A stretch of DNA of 56,971 nt from a virus (lineage: Duplodnaviria; Caudoviricetes), in IMG/VR virus record IMGVR_UViG_3300044630_000901, positions 1 to 56,971 of that record; one strand, written 5' to 3'. Every line of letters begins with the position of its first letter. The first letter of the stretch is position 1. The notes below the pieces were generated by a model, which did no database searches, had not been told where the DNA came from, and worked only from the letters and a program-made list of their open reading frames with translations. Of the stretch, positions 45,272-54,470 are shown piece after piece. A program made the position numbers and the translations under genes.

Positions 45272-45560
45272 AGCCGCCTCGGTCGTCTCGCGGAATGAGT
45301 TTGTCGAAGGCAGTCGCGGTGGTCTGGAATTCATCGAGTATCTGTGGGTTGGTTGTTGCAATCCAGTTCAGGAGTTGCATGAGTTGTTTGTTGATCTGCC
45401 GCGACGTGTTCAGCTCTAGTCGCAACGAGGCCAATTCACCTTGGAGGAGTTGAAAGTTGGAGTTGGCCACTGATATGGCTTCTTGTAGGCGACGGGGTGC
45501 GAACGAATCGCCGCCGCTGTAGGCTTGCTCAACTGGCTGGGGTAGTTGTGTCAAGTACAT
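45249..45560 (-). CDS. Coiled-coil hypothetical protein
   Basis: 'LMQLLNWIATTNPQILDEF'. Confidence 0.6.
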   Translation of the reverse strand: MYLTQLPQPVEQAYSGGDSFAPRRLQEAISVANSNFQLLQGELASLRLELNTSRQINKQLMQLLNWIATTNPQILDEFQTTATAFDKLIPRDDRGGYVAHAET

Positions 45561-45561
45561 A

Positions 45562-46032
45562 TCAACCCCCAAAGATTTGTTTGAGTTCGTCGTACAGCGC
45601 ACGGGCTTTGAGGATGGACATGTTGCTGAGCATCTCTGACACGTTGGTCTCTTGCTTGGGCGCTACCACTGGTGCTTTAGGGGTCGCAACTTTAGCAGCT
45701 TTCTTTGGCCTTCTGACGTAGCCCTTCGCATAGTCTTGCGCCACAGTAAAGTAAGTGGGACCTGCTGGTGAGTCAACGGTGCGAATCAACCCTCGCGTAA
45801 CAAACTGGGACAACAAAGACGAAGAGGACGCCCGCATAACGCCAGCGGTTTCAGCCAACGCAACGAGTCTTGCTCGGTTGCATCCGGGGTTGTCTTTGAT
45901 GATCTTAAAAAACGATGCGGACACGCTTGTTGAAGGTTCTGGTTCTTGCATGGTGATTACCGGTTGTGTTGTACCCTCGTCGTCAAACTTTAAGGCTTCG
46001 AGTTTCTTCAATTCAGATTTCAAGTCAGGCAT
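45562..46032 (-). CDS. Winged-HTH hypothetical protein
   Basis: 'IKDNPG...SSLLSQFVTRGLI'. Confidence 0.65.
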   Translation of the reverse strand: MPDLKSELKKLEALKFDDEGTTQPVITMQEPEPSTSVSASFFKIIKDNPGCNRARLVALAETAGVMRASSSSLLSQFVTRGLIRTVDSPAGPTYFTVAQDYAKGYVRRPKKAAKVATPKAPVVAPKQETNVSEMLSNMSILKARALYDELKQIFGG

Positions 46033-46672
46033 ATTCTTCCTCCAGTTCGTCAATGATTTCGGTGAGCATGTCGTTGGCGTCCAATGACTCCAACACAGAT
46101 TCGTCAGATGTAAGGTAGTCGTACTCGACTTCGAGTCGGCTGTACAGGTCGCGCATGTGGCGCTTGAACTCTTCCTCTAACTCGTCTTCTAGATTGGCAA
46201 AGTCATAGCCCTTCAAGATAGCCACGAATGCTGCGTTCTGAATGTCAGTGTCGTATGGGCTGTTCATGACTAAGAACTCGTCCAGCTCGGACTCTGTGAA
46301 GTCGTCTGGGTTAACCATGTCAGATGAGAACGATGTGCAGTTCTCGTGGTAGTAATGACCTCTATGGTCTACGCTGAATCGCCAAGCGTTGCAAGCCAGA
46401 CCTATGAGTGCTGGACACGTATACCCAACAGACGCAAGGAACTTAGACCAGTCGTCAACACGCCCTTCAAAGCATGCACCGTCACCCTGCGACCAGAAGC
46501 CGCTGAAGTACATCTTGTCTACCTCAATGCCTACATCCTCCATATCGTGTTTGAATACGTCGTACACACCATCCCACCATTCGATGTGGTCTACGTTCCA
46601 GTTGCGATGCTTGTCCAGTATCTCGTCTTGCTGCCGCTTGGTCAGTGCCTTAAATCTTTCGAGGGGTGTCAT
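46025..46672 (-). CDS. Acidic phage hypothetical protein
   Basis: 'FSGFWSQGDGACF...YYHE...LY..LE.EYDYLTSDE'. Confidence 0.7.
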   Translation of the reverse strand: MTPLERFKALTKRQQDEILDKHRNWNVDHIEWWDGVYDVFKHDMEDVGIEVDKMYFSGFWSQGDGACFEGRVDDWSKFLASVGYTCPALIGLACNAWRFSVDHRGHYYHENCTSFSSDMVNPDDFTESELDEFLVMNSPYDTDIQNAAFVAILKGYDFANLEDELEEEFKRHMRDLYSRLEVEYDYLTSDESVLESLDANDMLTEIIDELEEEYA

Positions 46673-46959
46673 GTGAGCTCCATTGCAATTCTGTCTGCCA
46701 TAGACTTGAAGACCGCAGCATTCAGATGCTTGTTGAAATCGTCTTCTTCCAGCTGCGGCCAGTTGTAGGCTCCAGCATCTTTTAAGTGTCTCCCCGTAGT
46801 TGGGCCCCATGTGTTGACGCGCCTAGCGTGACCGCCTTTCCATTCAAAAGCTACCGGTGTCTCGTAGCTGATTAGGATGCTCACACCGAACACGTGAACT
46901 CTGTTAAGTGGTGTTGCCCTACTCGTTGCTCTTGATACAGATACACATGCGTTTGTCAT
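46669..46959 (-). CDS. Hypothetical protein
   Basis: 'ISYETPVAF...GPTTGRHL'. Confidence 0.65.
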   Translation of the reverse strand: MTNACVSVSRATSRATPLNRVHVFGVSILISYETPVAFEWKGGHARRVNTWGPTTGRHLKDAGAYNWPQLEEDDFNKHLNAAVFKSMADRIAMELT

Positions 46960-47051
46960 AGCGGTGCGTCCTCGTGGTTGTCTGGGTTGAACTTGGGCAC
47001 TCTCGTGCCGCTATCTTTGGGGTTGGGAAACGCAGGGAACGGCCATGTCAT
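46956..47051 (-). CDS. 31-aa Pro-rich peptide (not in ORF track)
   Basis: MTWPFPAFPNPKDSGTRVPKFNPDNHEDAPL; ATGA overlaps at both ends. Confidence 0.55.
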   Translation of the reverse strand: MTWPFPAFPNPKDSGTRVPKFNPDNHEDAPL

Positions 47052-47239
47052 TTGACTCTCCAATACTTACGCGTCTCTTGCACAATCGCTGGCTCCTTGG
47101 GCAGGATGGGGTCGTACTTGTTGCCGAACGGTGGTGTCCAGCCGAAGCGTCGCCACGTAGCCTGCACGTCAGCGCCAGAGGTCCACTTGTAGTCGGGGTG
47201 GCCGACCGGGATGGTTGGGTATGTGATCTTGTCTGTCAT
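47048..47239 (-). CDS. Hypothetical protein
   Basis: 'DVQATWRRFGWTPP'. Confidence 0.65.
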   Translation of the reverse strand: MTDKITYPTIPVGHPDYKWTSGADVQATWRRFGWTPPFGNKYDPILPKEPAIVQETRKYWRVK

Positions 47240-47460
47240 GTGTTTGCTCCTTCAAGTTTCTGTGCTGCTTCGTATGCCACGCGCAGCTCGGGGTTTGTCT
47301 TGTCGATGTACTCGATGAACTTGCCCATCTCTTCGCAGTCATACTCAAGGTCTTCGATTCGATCTTCACACTGGGATATATCAGAGCGTAGTCGGCTGTT
47401 CTCTTCCTGATAGTGAGAAAGCTCATCTTCCATCTCTGCTATCTGATCTGCTAGGCTCAT
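47236..47460 (-). CDS. Coiled-coil hypothetical protein
   Basis: 74 aa, ATGA-coupled. Confidence 0.65.
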   Translation of the reverse strand: MSLADQIAEMEDELSHYQEENSRLRSDISQCEDRIEDLEYDCEEMGKFIEYIDKTNPELRVAYEAAQKLEGANT

Positions 47461-47705
47461 TCCTCTGCTCCTTCAAGTCGCTTGATTGCCTTGTACTGCT
47501 CAATGCTGCCGGGGTAGTACTGGTTGGCGAACGCTACGAAGCGCTCAAGCTCGCTCTTGTCCGCCGCAAGCCTGTTGGTGTTCTCAATCGTTTTGCGCAG
47601 CGCACCCTTGATAGAGCTCAACTCTTCCTCCAGTATCTCCACGTGCTTGGTCAGCCTGTCAACCTTAGCCTTAGCAGCTCTGGCTTCGAGCTGGTGGTTG
47701 TTCAT
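47457..47705 (-). CDS. Coiled-coil hypothetical protein (paralogue of 47236-47460)
   Basis: 82 aa, ATGA-coupled. Confidence 0.65.
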   Translation of the reverse strand: MNNHQLEARAAKAKVDRLTKHVEILEEELSSIKGALRKTIENTNRLAADKSELERFVAFANQYYPGSIEQYKAIKRLEGAEE

Positions 47706-48373
47706 GATGCCTGTGCCAGCTTAGCTGCAATAGCTGCTGCTGTAAGTCCCTCAGTGTCGTACGACTCAACGATCAGCTTACGCTGTGTCGCACGCTCAAC
47801 CTTACGATCAAGGCGTTCAATGTCGTCTCGGTCGATGTACATACGCACACCGGGGAACAGCTTGACCGCCTCGTTGAGTGACTTGCACTTCTTGAGGAAC
47901 TCAGAGATATCGTCGCTGACTTTCTCCCATCGTGCGTTGAGTGCGAACTCAAGTACGGCATCATCCCAACGTGCAAGCAACTCACTACGACCGGGCATAT
48001 CTTCTGGCAAGGCACGCAGCTGGTCAATAGTCAACTCGGAGCTTGACTTGTTCCAGTAGTCTTTCGATGGGCGTGTGTACGCCATGGTCAAACCATTGAA
48101 TCGAACATGCGTCTTCAATTCTCGGCCATCTTCAGTGACGCCCCATACAGTTACGTCGGCCTCTGGCACACATACCATCCAGTCTTTGGGGATAATGTCT
48201 TTGAGGTGTACGTGCTCAGCACCCCAGCATCCGATGTTGTACAACTGACTGGCGTCAACTTGAATTTTCTTGTCAATGTTCGGCAGGTCACTAGCTCTCT
48301 CGGCCATGCGCATCTTGTTGATGACTGACTGCACGCGAGTGATAAGTTCCTTGGTGATGTATACGGTTGCCAT
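47702..48373 (-). CDS. Hypothetical protein (possibly Nmad5-like)
   Basis: 223 aa; 'L..C.SLNEAVKLFP' near the C-terminus. Confidence 0.55.
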   Translation of the reverse strand: MATVYITKELITRVQSVINKMRMAERASDLPNIDKKIQVDASQLYNIGCWGAEHVHLKDIIPKDWMVCVPEADVTVWGVTEDGRELKTHVRFNGLTMAYTRPSKDYWNKSSSELTIDQLRALPEDMPGRSELLARWDDAVLEFALNARWEKVSDDISEFLKKCKSLNEAVKLFPGVRMYIDRDDIERLDRKVERATQRKLIVESYDTEGLTAAAIAAKLAQAS

Positions 48374-48374
48374 G

Positions 48375-48641
48375 TCAGTTTCCTTCTTCGAGTTTGATTA
48401 GTGTTGAGACGTAGACCATCGCTTCTGTGAGCGTTATTGGTTCTTTGAAGGGCCCATAGTGTGTATGGGGTACCTTGTTGATTGAGACGTTGACGTGCCA
48501 GCCTTGCTGGTTGCGCACTACCTGCACGCCAACGGTGTTACTCCGCTCTATGCGGATACGTTCACTCTTCTGTATCGGGTGATTCGTCGAGGAATTCACT
48601 GATAGATTGTCGGAGAGCATCGCGCTGTTCTTGTGTGGCAT
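48375..48641 (-). CDS. Hypothetical protein (start uncertain)
   Basis: Ends 'EAMVYVSTLIKLEEGN'. Confidence 0.45.
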   Translation of the reverse strand: MPHKNSAMLSDNLSVNSSTNHPIQKSERIRIERSNTVGVQVVRNQQGWHVNVSINKVPHTHYGPFKEPITLTEAMVYVSTLIKLEEGN

Positions 48642-48723
48642 CAGCCGCTAGTGCGTCGTAGCACATACGGAAAATACCGTTGTATGTTTCGATCAGGTTC
48701 TCAAGTTGGTCTTTTGCGTCCAT
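48562..48723 (-). CDS. Hypothetical protein
   Basis: MDAKDQLENL..., GGAG SD. Confidence 0.55.
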   Translation of the reverse strand: MDAKDQLENLIETYNGIFRMCYDALAADATQEQRDALRQSISEFLDESPDTEE

Positions 48724-48724
48724 G

Positions 48725-49831
48725 TCATTGCTCCAAGGTAAAGTGGATATTGTCGCCGTATGGAGCCTCAATGTCACTAGAGATACACCAGACCACGGGA
48801 TAGTCAGGCGCGTTCTCTTGATGGAACGATGTGTAGCCGTCGGTCAAACAGACAAAGACCTCCGGCTTGATGCCTTCCTTGTCGATGTAGTTGAAGCCCT
48901 CTTCCATGTCAGTGCCGCCGCCGCAGTAGAAGGTGAGTGCTACTTCTTCGCCCTGCTCGAACACCTCGTGCTTGGCCACCGCAGTGTCAACGTACAAGAT
49001 GTGGGTGCGGGTTGGATTGCACAGCGACACGATGCGCTGTAAGTGACCGTTGTAGTGGTCGAGCTCGACCTTGCTGATAGAACCAGACACGTCAACTTGA
49101 ATGACGATCTCACCCATCTCTGGGGACTTGCCGGTGGACGGCAGGTATGCGTTGGCGAAGCGACGGTTGGGTCGTGCCCATGTGTAGTCACCACGGGTGA
49201 ACGCTGTCATGTAGCGCTCAAGGATATCGTGCCACGGTGTGTGGCTGTCGATGAGGTCAGCGACGATCTTGGCCAGACTACCGGGCATCTTGCCCTGAGC
49301 CTTGGCTGCTTGGGCTGCTTGGGCAATCTCCACACGAGTCTCAGCGTCGATACGATCAGCCTCCTCTTGCGTCATGGGAGAGCCGCGATCAATCAGGTCA
49401 TCACCGGTACCACCGGGGCCGCCGCCGCTAGGATTGTCGGGCAGCTTGTTGTAAATCTCGTCAACAGTCTCGTCCTTAGAACCGGGCATGTTGACACCAC
49501 CCTCGATCATGGAGCCGATGCCTGCGTCCTTGAGCATGTCGTTAATCCATGCGTCGCCAGCGATGTTCCACTTCTTGCGGTTGCGAGTACCGACACGGGC
49601 AGCATGCTGACCGATGACATGGCCGACCTCATGGCACAGCAGGAATACAAGCTCGTCAACAGACAGCTTCTCAACGAACTGCTCGTTGTAGTAAATCTGG
49701 CCGCGCTGGTCAACAGCCGCAGTAGGAATGGTGTTGTCAGGGATAAGCTTGCGCTTCATCAGGATGGAAGCGAAGAAGGGATGTTGCGTGACTACAGCAA
49801 CTTTGGCGCGGTCGAGTTTGGTAACTGCCAT
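48725..49831 (-). CDS. Metallopeptidase (HExxH, DUF2201-like) fused to a vWA domain
   Basis: 'LCHEVGH', 'WNIAGD..IN', MIDAS 'DVSGS', 'GGGTD', 'LTDG'. Confidence 0.88.
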   Translation of the reverse strand: MAVTKLDRAKVAVVTQHPFFASILMKRKLIPDNTIPTAAVDQRGQIYYNEQFVEKLSVDELVFLLCHEVGHVIGQHAARVGTRNRKKWNIAGDAWINDMLKDAGIGSMIEGGVNMPGSKDETVDEIYNKLPDNPSGGGPGGTGDDLIDRGSPMTQEEADRIDAETRVEIAQAAQAAKAQGKMPGSLAKIVADLIDSHTPWHDILERYMTAFTRGDYTWARPNRRFANAYLPSTGKSPEMGEIVIQVDVSGSISKVELDHYNGHLQRIVSLCNPTRTHILYVDTAVAKHEVFEQGEEVALTFYCGGGTDMEEGFNYIDKEGIKPEVFVCLTDGYTSFHQENAPDYPVVWCISSDIEAPYGDNIHFTLEQ

Positions 49832-49840
49832 GATGACTCC

Positions 49841-50380
49841 TTAGAAAGTAACGATGTTGATTGGCTCAGTGCCTCTGAGAAGGTCTGCAACTGCTTTAGA
49901 TTTGTCTTTCATCTCCTGTGTAGTGTGCTCGGCCAAGATTTCTACAACCTTACGGGTTGACTCTTTGTCTTGGAGGTTGCAGTAGAAGTTGTCGTCGAGG
50001 GTGCTTATGCTGCTCATGGCGTCGTCATAGCGGGCACGGTAGTAGCCGCTGTTGTACTCCGGGTGCTCAAGGAGCCACGCAGTCCAGTCAGTATGAACAA
50101 CCTCTGCAATGTGTGGGGCAGCTGCTTCTGACAGACCGACGATACGCATGCCTCGGTATCCGTTGACTACGCTGCACTGAATGTTGAACTTCTCGGCCAA
50201 GTTCTCAGCCAGCCTGCGAGACTGTGATGACCAGCCGCCAGTGATAGCCCTTGCCTCGATCATTCGGATGATGCTGTTACGCATCCTTGCAGTGAGACGT
50301 TGTGGGTACAGCGTAACTGTTGTCTCTGTACCGGGCATACCAGTGATACGCCCGCGCTCGTTGTTATTCATGTCGTTCAT
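49841..50380 (-). CDS. Hypothetical protein
   Basis: 179-aa ORF. Confidence 0.65.
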   Translation of the reverse strand: MNDMNNNERGRITGMPGTETTVTLYPQRLTARMRNSIIRMIEARAITGGWSSQSRRLAENLAEKFNIQCSVVNGYRGMRIVGLSEAAAPHIAEVVHTDWTAWLLEHPEYNSGYYRARYDDAMSSISTLDDNFYCNLQDKESTRKVVEILAEHTTQEMKDKSKAVADLLRGTEPINIVTF

Positions 50381-50574
50381 TTGCTCTCCTCGAAGTAATA
50401 GCTGTCATCTCTTTGCACGATCTTTCCTTTCTTTTCGTACACGCCAACCAGCCAGTTGGCATACTTGTTTGCCCGTCGCTCTTCCTGAGCAGCTGCATTG
50501 CGCAGCACTGAGTTACGCCACAGCAGTACAGCTACAGCGAGCATCAGGATGTATTCGAGTTCAGAGAAGTTCAT
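50377..50574 (-). CDS. Small membrane-anchored protein
   Basis: N-terminal TM 'YILMLAVAVLLW'. Confidence 0.6.
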   Translation of the reverse strand: MNFSELEYILMLAVAVLLWRNSVLRNAAAQEERRANKYANWLVGVYEKKGKIVQRDDSYYFEESK

Positions 50575-51443
50575 GCGAACGCTCCCATTCGTGCGGCGAC
50601 TTCCTCCAGCTTGCGCTTGGCTTCGCTGCGCTTGTTAGGTGAACCCTTAATCATCTCGACGTCTGCCAAGTAACCCTGTGCTGATTCCTCCAGTGCAGTG
50701 ATCTCGTCGAGCAGTGCTTGCGTTGGGTTGATTGCCAGCTTGCGTGCCAGCTTGCATCCCTCGATCACGTTGTCGATCAGGCTGTTGTGGAAGCGCTCAC
50801 CCTTGGCACCTTGGTACTCAGCGAGCTTGGTTACAAGCGAGGCGATGGGCTTGAGCATGCGCTGGATGGTGTCCACGTTGACTGCGGCTGAGGCTTCTTC
50901 CTCTGCACGTTTGAACGCTGCCAAGTCGTCGTCACTGAGGTCGAACAGGAAGTGCGATGCGTCTGCCATGGGCTGGAACCGAAGCTCGGCTGACATGGAC
51001 AACCTGAACTGCTCGGCGCTGGGGTACTCGGAAGCGTTGGCACGACCGGCTGCATGGCCAGAGTTGCGGTACATGACGTCATCAGTCACTAGCTGGTCAT
51101 ACATTGGCATGTAAGTATCAAGCAACTTGTCAACCTCTGCGATGCGGTGCTTCATCTCCTGTGTGTACTCCATGTACATGTCGTTCGGCAGGATACGTGG
51201 GCCAGCGTCAACGTAAGGCAGCGTGTGCTTCTTGTGATAGGCGTAGACCTCGCCGTACTTGGCCATGATCTGGTTGATAGCTGAGTCCTTGTTCTTGAAC
51301 AGCTTGGTCAGCACAGTCAGGCTTGTATCGTTCTCCTGCTGTTGTAAGGTTGCTGTAAGTCCATGGTCCCGCTTGGTGAGTGCTGCACGGCGAAGTGTCA
51401 GCTTGACGAGGACTGCCTTGTCAGATAGTTTGGTGTGTATCAT
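50571..51443 (-). CDS. DUF3150-like helical protein
   Basis: 290 aa 'HTLPY...G.RILP...YPS...', between the AAA and vWA genes. Confidence 0.55.
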   Translation of the reverse strand: MIHTKLSDKAVLVKLTLRRAALTKRDHGLTATLQQQENDTSLTVLTKLFKNKDSAINQIMAKYGEVYAYHKKHTLPYVDAGPRILPNDMYMEYTQEMKHRIAEVDKLLDTYMPMYDQLVTDDVMYRNSGHAAGRANASEYPSAEQFRLSMSAELRFQPMADASHFLFDLSDDDLAAFKRAEEEASAAVNVDTIQRMLKPIASLVTKLAEYQGAKGERFHNSLIDNVIEGCKLARKLAINPTQALLDEITALEESAQGYLADVEMIKGSPNKRSEAKRKLEEVAARMGAFA

Positions 51444-51452
51444 GTTTACTCC

Positions 51453-51662
51453 TTACTTGATGAGGTCTGCGATGGTTGATGGAGTGACCTTAGTCGGTTG
51501 TGGTTGAGCTTCCATTGCGATTGATGCAAGCATGGCCAACAAGGTTTCCCCAACAGACTGGGCCGACGCATCGTCGCTTGTGAACATAACCTTGGCTCCA
51601 GAGTCAAGGAATACCACGCCGCCGTTGTCAGGGATGATGACTTTTATGTCATGTCGTTTCAT
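51453..51662 (-). CDS. Hypothetical protein
   Basis: 69-aa ORF, GGAG SD. Confidence 0.55.
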   Translation of the reverse strand: MKRHDIKVIIPDNGGVVFLDSGAKVMFTSDDASAQSVGETLLAMLASIAMEAQPQPTKVTPSTIADLIK

Positions 51663-51663
51663 A

Positions 51664-51945
51664 TCATTGCTCCAGTTTGATGATTGCCACGGCGTATGCC
51701 TTGGCTGCTTTCAGGGAGCGGAACGTCCGGCTCCCGTCGTGATTGACAAATTGGCAGTCCCACTTGCGGTCGCCTATTTTGGTGACCCATGCGACGGTGA
51801 CTTTCCACACGCCGGACAGTGGAAGTGCGAAGTTGTGGGCCAGTGGGTCCTTGTCCCAGACCTTCTTGAGGTGGTGCTGTACTTGCCATACGGTTGGGAC
51901 GCCGCTGTTCGCTTGCATCAGCTCTTCTTCCCATTCGTACCTCAT
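51664..51945 (-). CDS. Hypothetical protein ('F...EAKAY' family)
   Basis: MRYEWEEE...FRSLKAAKAYAVAIIKLEQ. Confidence 0.65.
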   Translation of the reverse strand: MRYEWEEELMQANSGVPTVWQVQHHLKKVWDKDPLAHNFALPLSGVWKVTVAWVTKIGDRKWDCQFVNHDGSRTFRSLKAAKAYAVAIIKLEQ

Positions 51946-52217
51946 GTCTCTAACCTCACAACAGCATCCGCCCAAGCCTTGGCTTCATGGACATGGGCGA
52001 ACTCCGGTATGTGTTCTGGTTCGTCAATCCAGTAGCGGCGGTCGTAGACCTGCCAGCGTTCACGGCCACCGCCGAAGGCAACTCGTGTGCGGCCCATATA
52101 CATGACGTCGAACAGCTTGCGCCGTACCCATAGCTTGTCGGACCCTGAAACAAATCCGCTCAGAGTCCACGTCTCGCCCTCGTTGTTCGTGTTCCAGTTG
52201 AGTTCGGTGATCTTCAT
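51942..52217 (-). CDS. Hypothetical protein ('F...EAKAY' family)
   Basis: MKITELNW...IPEFAHVHEAKAWADAVVRLET. Confidence 0.65.
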   Translation of the reverse strand: MKITELNWNTNNEGETWTLSGFVSGSDKLWVRRKLFDVMYMGRTRVAFGGGRERWQVYDRRYWIDEPEHIPEFAHVHEAKAWADAVVRLET

Positions 52218-52507
52218 AGGCTTAGCCTCACCATTGCTGTGACCCATGCCATAGCGTCCTCCTTGTTGCTGAACTTGGGTATGTCGGATTTGCGCAGCTC
52301 GTTGAGACTGGGACTCAGAGGGTGAACAGTGGCATGCCACTTGCCCCAGTACGGTGACTTGGAGTTGTCGTCGTAGGTGACGGTAGCTACTACTTGCACT
52401 TCTGCTTCGCGGAATGGGTTGTGAGCCCAGCTCACGTCGCGCTTGTAGTAGTACCGGTCACCCTTGCGACCGGGTTTCTCCCAACGGTAGTTGGAGTAGG
52501 TTGCCAT
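52214..52507 (-). CDS. Hypothetical protein ('F...EAKAY' family)
   Basis: MATYSNYRW...IPKFSNKEDAMAWVTAMVRLSL. Confidence 0.65.
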   Translation of the reverse strand: MATYSNYRWEKPGRKGDRYYYKRDVSWAHNPFREAEVQVVATVTYDDNSKSPYWGKWHATVHPLSPSLNELRKSDIPKFSNKEDAMAWVTAMVRLSL

Positions 52508-52515
52508 TGGTCAGT

Positions 52516-53076
52516 TCATCGTGCGTCCAGCACCTCAACCACTTTGGCCAGTGTGGCTTCGGCATCAGCGATCTTGGCTTCGATCTTCTTGGACTTGGTG
52601 GCCACGCCCTTGAGGTCGGCGATCTCGCGCTCGATGGTCTTGATTGCGTCGATCAGTTGCTCGTCAGTGAGTGCTGTGACGTCGGCGTTGTTGATGTAGG
52701 TGACGGTCTTGAAAGTGATCTTGTTGGACATGTTGGTTTCCTCGGTGGTTTCAGTTGATTGGGTGGATTGATTGGCTAGGTATTCAGCGATCAGTCGCTT
52801 GCTGACGTGGTACTTGTCGGCGTCGTTGACGTGCCATGAGTAGTCTGGTTTGTGCCCGCCCATGCGGTGCCACAGCTCGATGTAGATGAAGGCCCACTCG
52901 ACACTGGTTGGTATGTCGTGGAGATATGCACGAAGGGGGTCTACGTATGTCCTGACCAAGCGTGTGAACTGGTAGAAGTTGCCGCGCTCGGCTTCATGCT
53001 GGGCCTTGGTTACGAAGACATGCTCGTTCTCCAAGGCCCAGATGTATTGGGCTGTGATGAAGTCCTCGCGAATCAC
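52516..53076 (-). CDS. Hypothetical two-domain protein
   Basis: 186 aa; aromatic N-terminal domain, T/E linker, C-terminal coiled coil. Confidence 0.65.
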   Translation of the reverse strand: MIREDFITAQYIWALENEHVFVTKAQHEAERGNFYQFTRLVRTYVDPLRAYLHDIPTSVEWAFIYIELWHRMGGHKPDYSWHVNDADKYHVSKRLIAEYLANQSTQSTETTEETNMSNKITFKTVTYINNADVTALTDEQLIDAIKTIEREIADLKGVATKSKKIEAKIADAEATLAKVVEVLDAR

Positions 53077-54071
53077 ATCAGCACCTCAGCGTTCTTGCTG
53101 GCCCACTCAACGAATGCACGGCTGTGCTTGATCGTAGGCTGCAACTTGATCGCGTCCTTGGTTGCCATGACGTTGAACTCAGGGGACATACGCGACAGGT
53201 ACTTGGATACACGGTCGAAGTTGTCCTTGGTAGACTTACGAGCCAGCGCACCAGTCAAGGCGTACAGAGTCGCAGGGTCTTGAGGCACGTCAGCACCAGC
53301 TGGGTCGAGCAGGATAGAGTCAACGTCAGGCAGTGACATGTAGATACGACGGAAGCCTGTGTACTCAGCAGCTGCACCCTCGCCGACCTCACCGGCCACG
53401 TTGTCGAAGAACAGGCCAGAGTCAAGGCTGTCAGGGATAAGGTCAACGCGCTCCCATGCACGTGGCGTAGGGTTAGCGAAGCGATTGGCGTCGAACTCGG
53501 ACAGCAAGCCGGGACGGAAGCGCAGGAACTGAATCAACACAGGGTCAATGTCAGCATCGAGCGCCCACTCAGTCCAGTCGTCGATGTTCTCTTGGAACTC
53601 GAAGCGCCGTGTGCGGTTGGCCAGCTTAGAGGTGATGCGGTTCGCGCCGGATTTATCCTCTGTCCTGTTGCCAGTGGCGATGATGAACAACTGATCGGAC
53701 AGCTTGAGGTTGCCAGCACGACGGTCGTATATAACACCGCACAGCGCGTTCTGCATGGGCACAGGCGCGTCCGACAGTTCCTCCAGAATGAGTGCTGATC
53801 GACCTGTACCCTCGCGCAGTTGATAGAACTCTTGGGGTGGAACCCAGCGTGTGTACTCGCCAGTGTTGTCAGGCACACCCAGCACGTCTACAGGGTCACG
53901 CAGGGACGCAGTGAACTCGACGACATTCTCGATGCCAAGGGACTGAACAATGTCACGGGCACAGGCTGACTTACCACCACCGGGAGCACCGAGGATGAAC
54001 GGTACGACGGCGTTACCACCATCGACTTGGAACTGAGAGAGCACGGATGTTTTGATGTTGCTATAGCGCAT
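53073..54071 (-). CDS. MoxR-like AAA+ ATPase
   Basis: Walker A 'GAPGGGKS', Walker B 'LILEEL', 'QNAL', sensor 'ATGNR', 'LANR', 'TPRAWE'. Confidence 0.88.
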   Translation of the reverse strand: MRYSNIKTSVLSQFQVDGGNAVVPFILGAPGGGKSACARDIVQSLGIENVVEFTASLRDPVDVLGVPDNTGEYTRWVPPQEFYQLREGTGRSALILEELSDAPVPMQNALCGVIYDRRAGNLKLSDQLFIIATGNRTEDKSGANRITSKLANRTRRFEFQENIDDWTEWALDADIDPVLIQFLRFRPGLLSEFDANRFANPTPRAWERVDLIPDSLDSGLFFDNVAGEVGEGAAAEYTGFRRIYMSLPDVDSILLDPAGADVPQDPATLYALTGALARKSTKDNFDRVSKYLSRMSPEFNVMATKDAIKLQPTIKHSRAFVEWASKNAEVLM

Positions 54072-54197
54072 GGTTTTTCCTTGTGTGTTGAGGATTGATT
54101 GAATGTGCGTCTGGATGCCTGCCCCTGAGCGTGACGCATTAACGTCAGGGTAGCCTGAATGTGTGAATGATTGTGCGTATGTAAGCTGTCGTGATGC

Positions 54198-54470
54198 TTA
54201 CACGTTGAGTCTATTTACTGCAAGGCCAATGAGGGATTGCTCCTCTACATATGCCTTGGCTTCTTCGAGCGTGTCGAATCGTTTTGGGGGCGCTGGTGAC
54301 ACAGTGCCGTATATATTGGCCTCATACGAGTCTGCATGAACCTTGATGTATCCAACGGCATCTACATGCACGTATTTGTTCTCGTCAGCCCAGTCGTATG
54401 TTCTTATGCGCACCTTGGGTGTTATGGTGCAGCGCAGGTACACCTCACCGTTTTCCCATATGAATCTCAT
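54198..54470 (-). CDS. Hypothetical protein ('F...EAKAY' family)
   Basis: MRFIWENG...RFDTLEEAKAYVE...AVNRLNV. Confidence 0.65.
   Translation of the reverse strand: MRFIWENGEVYLRCTITPKVRIRTYDWADENKYVHVDAVGYIKVHADSYEANIYGTVSPAPPKRFDTLEEAKAYVEEQSLIGLAVNRLNV

Noticed and set aside
54072-54197. Possible structured RNA upstream of the AAA ATPase
   Set aside because: Only a weak imperfect hairpin; it cannot be supported without covariation data.
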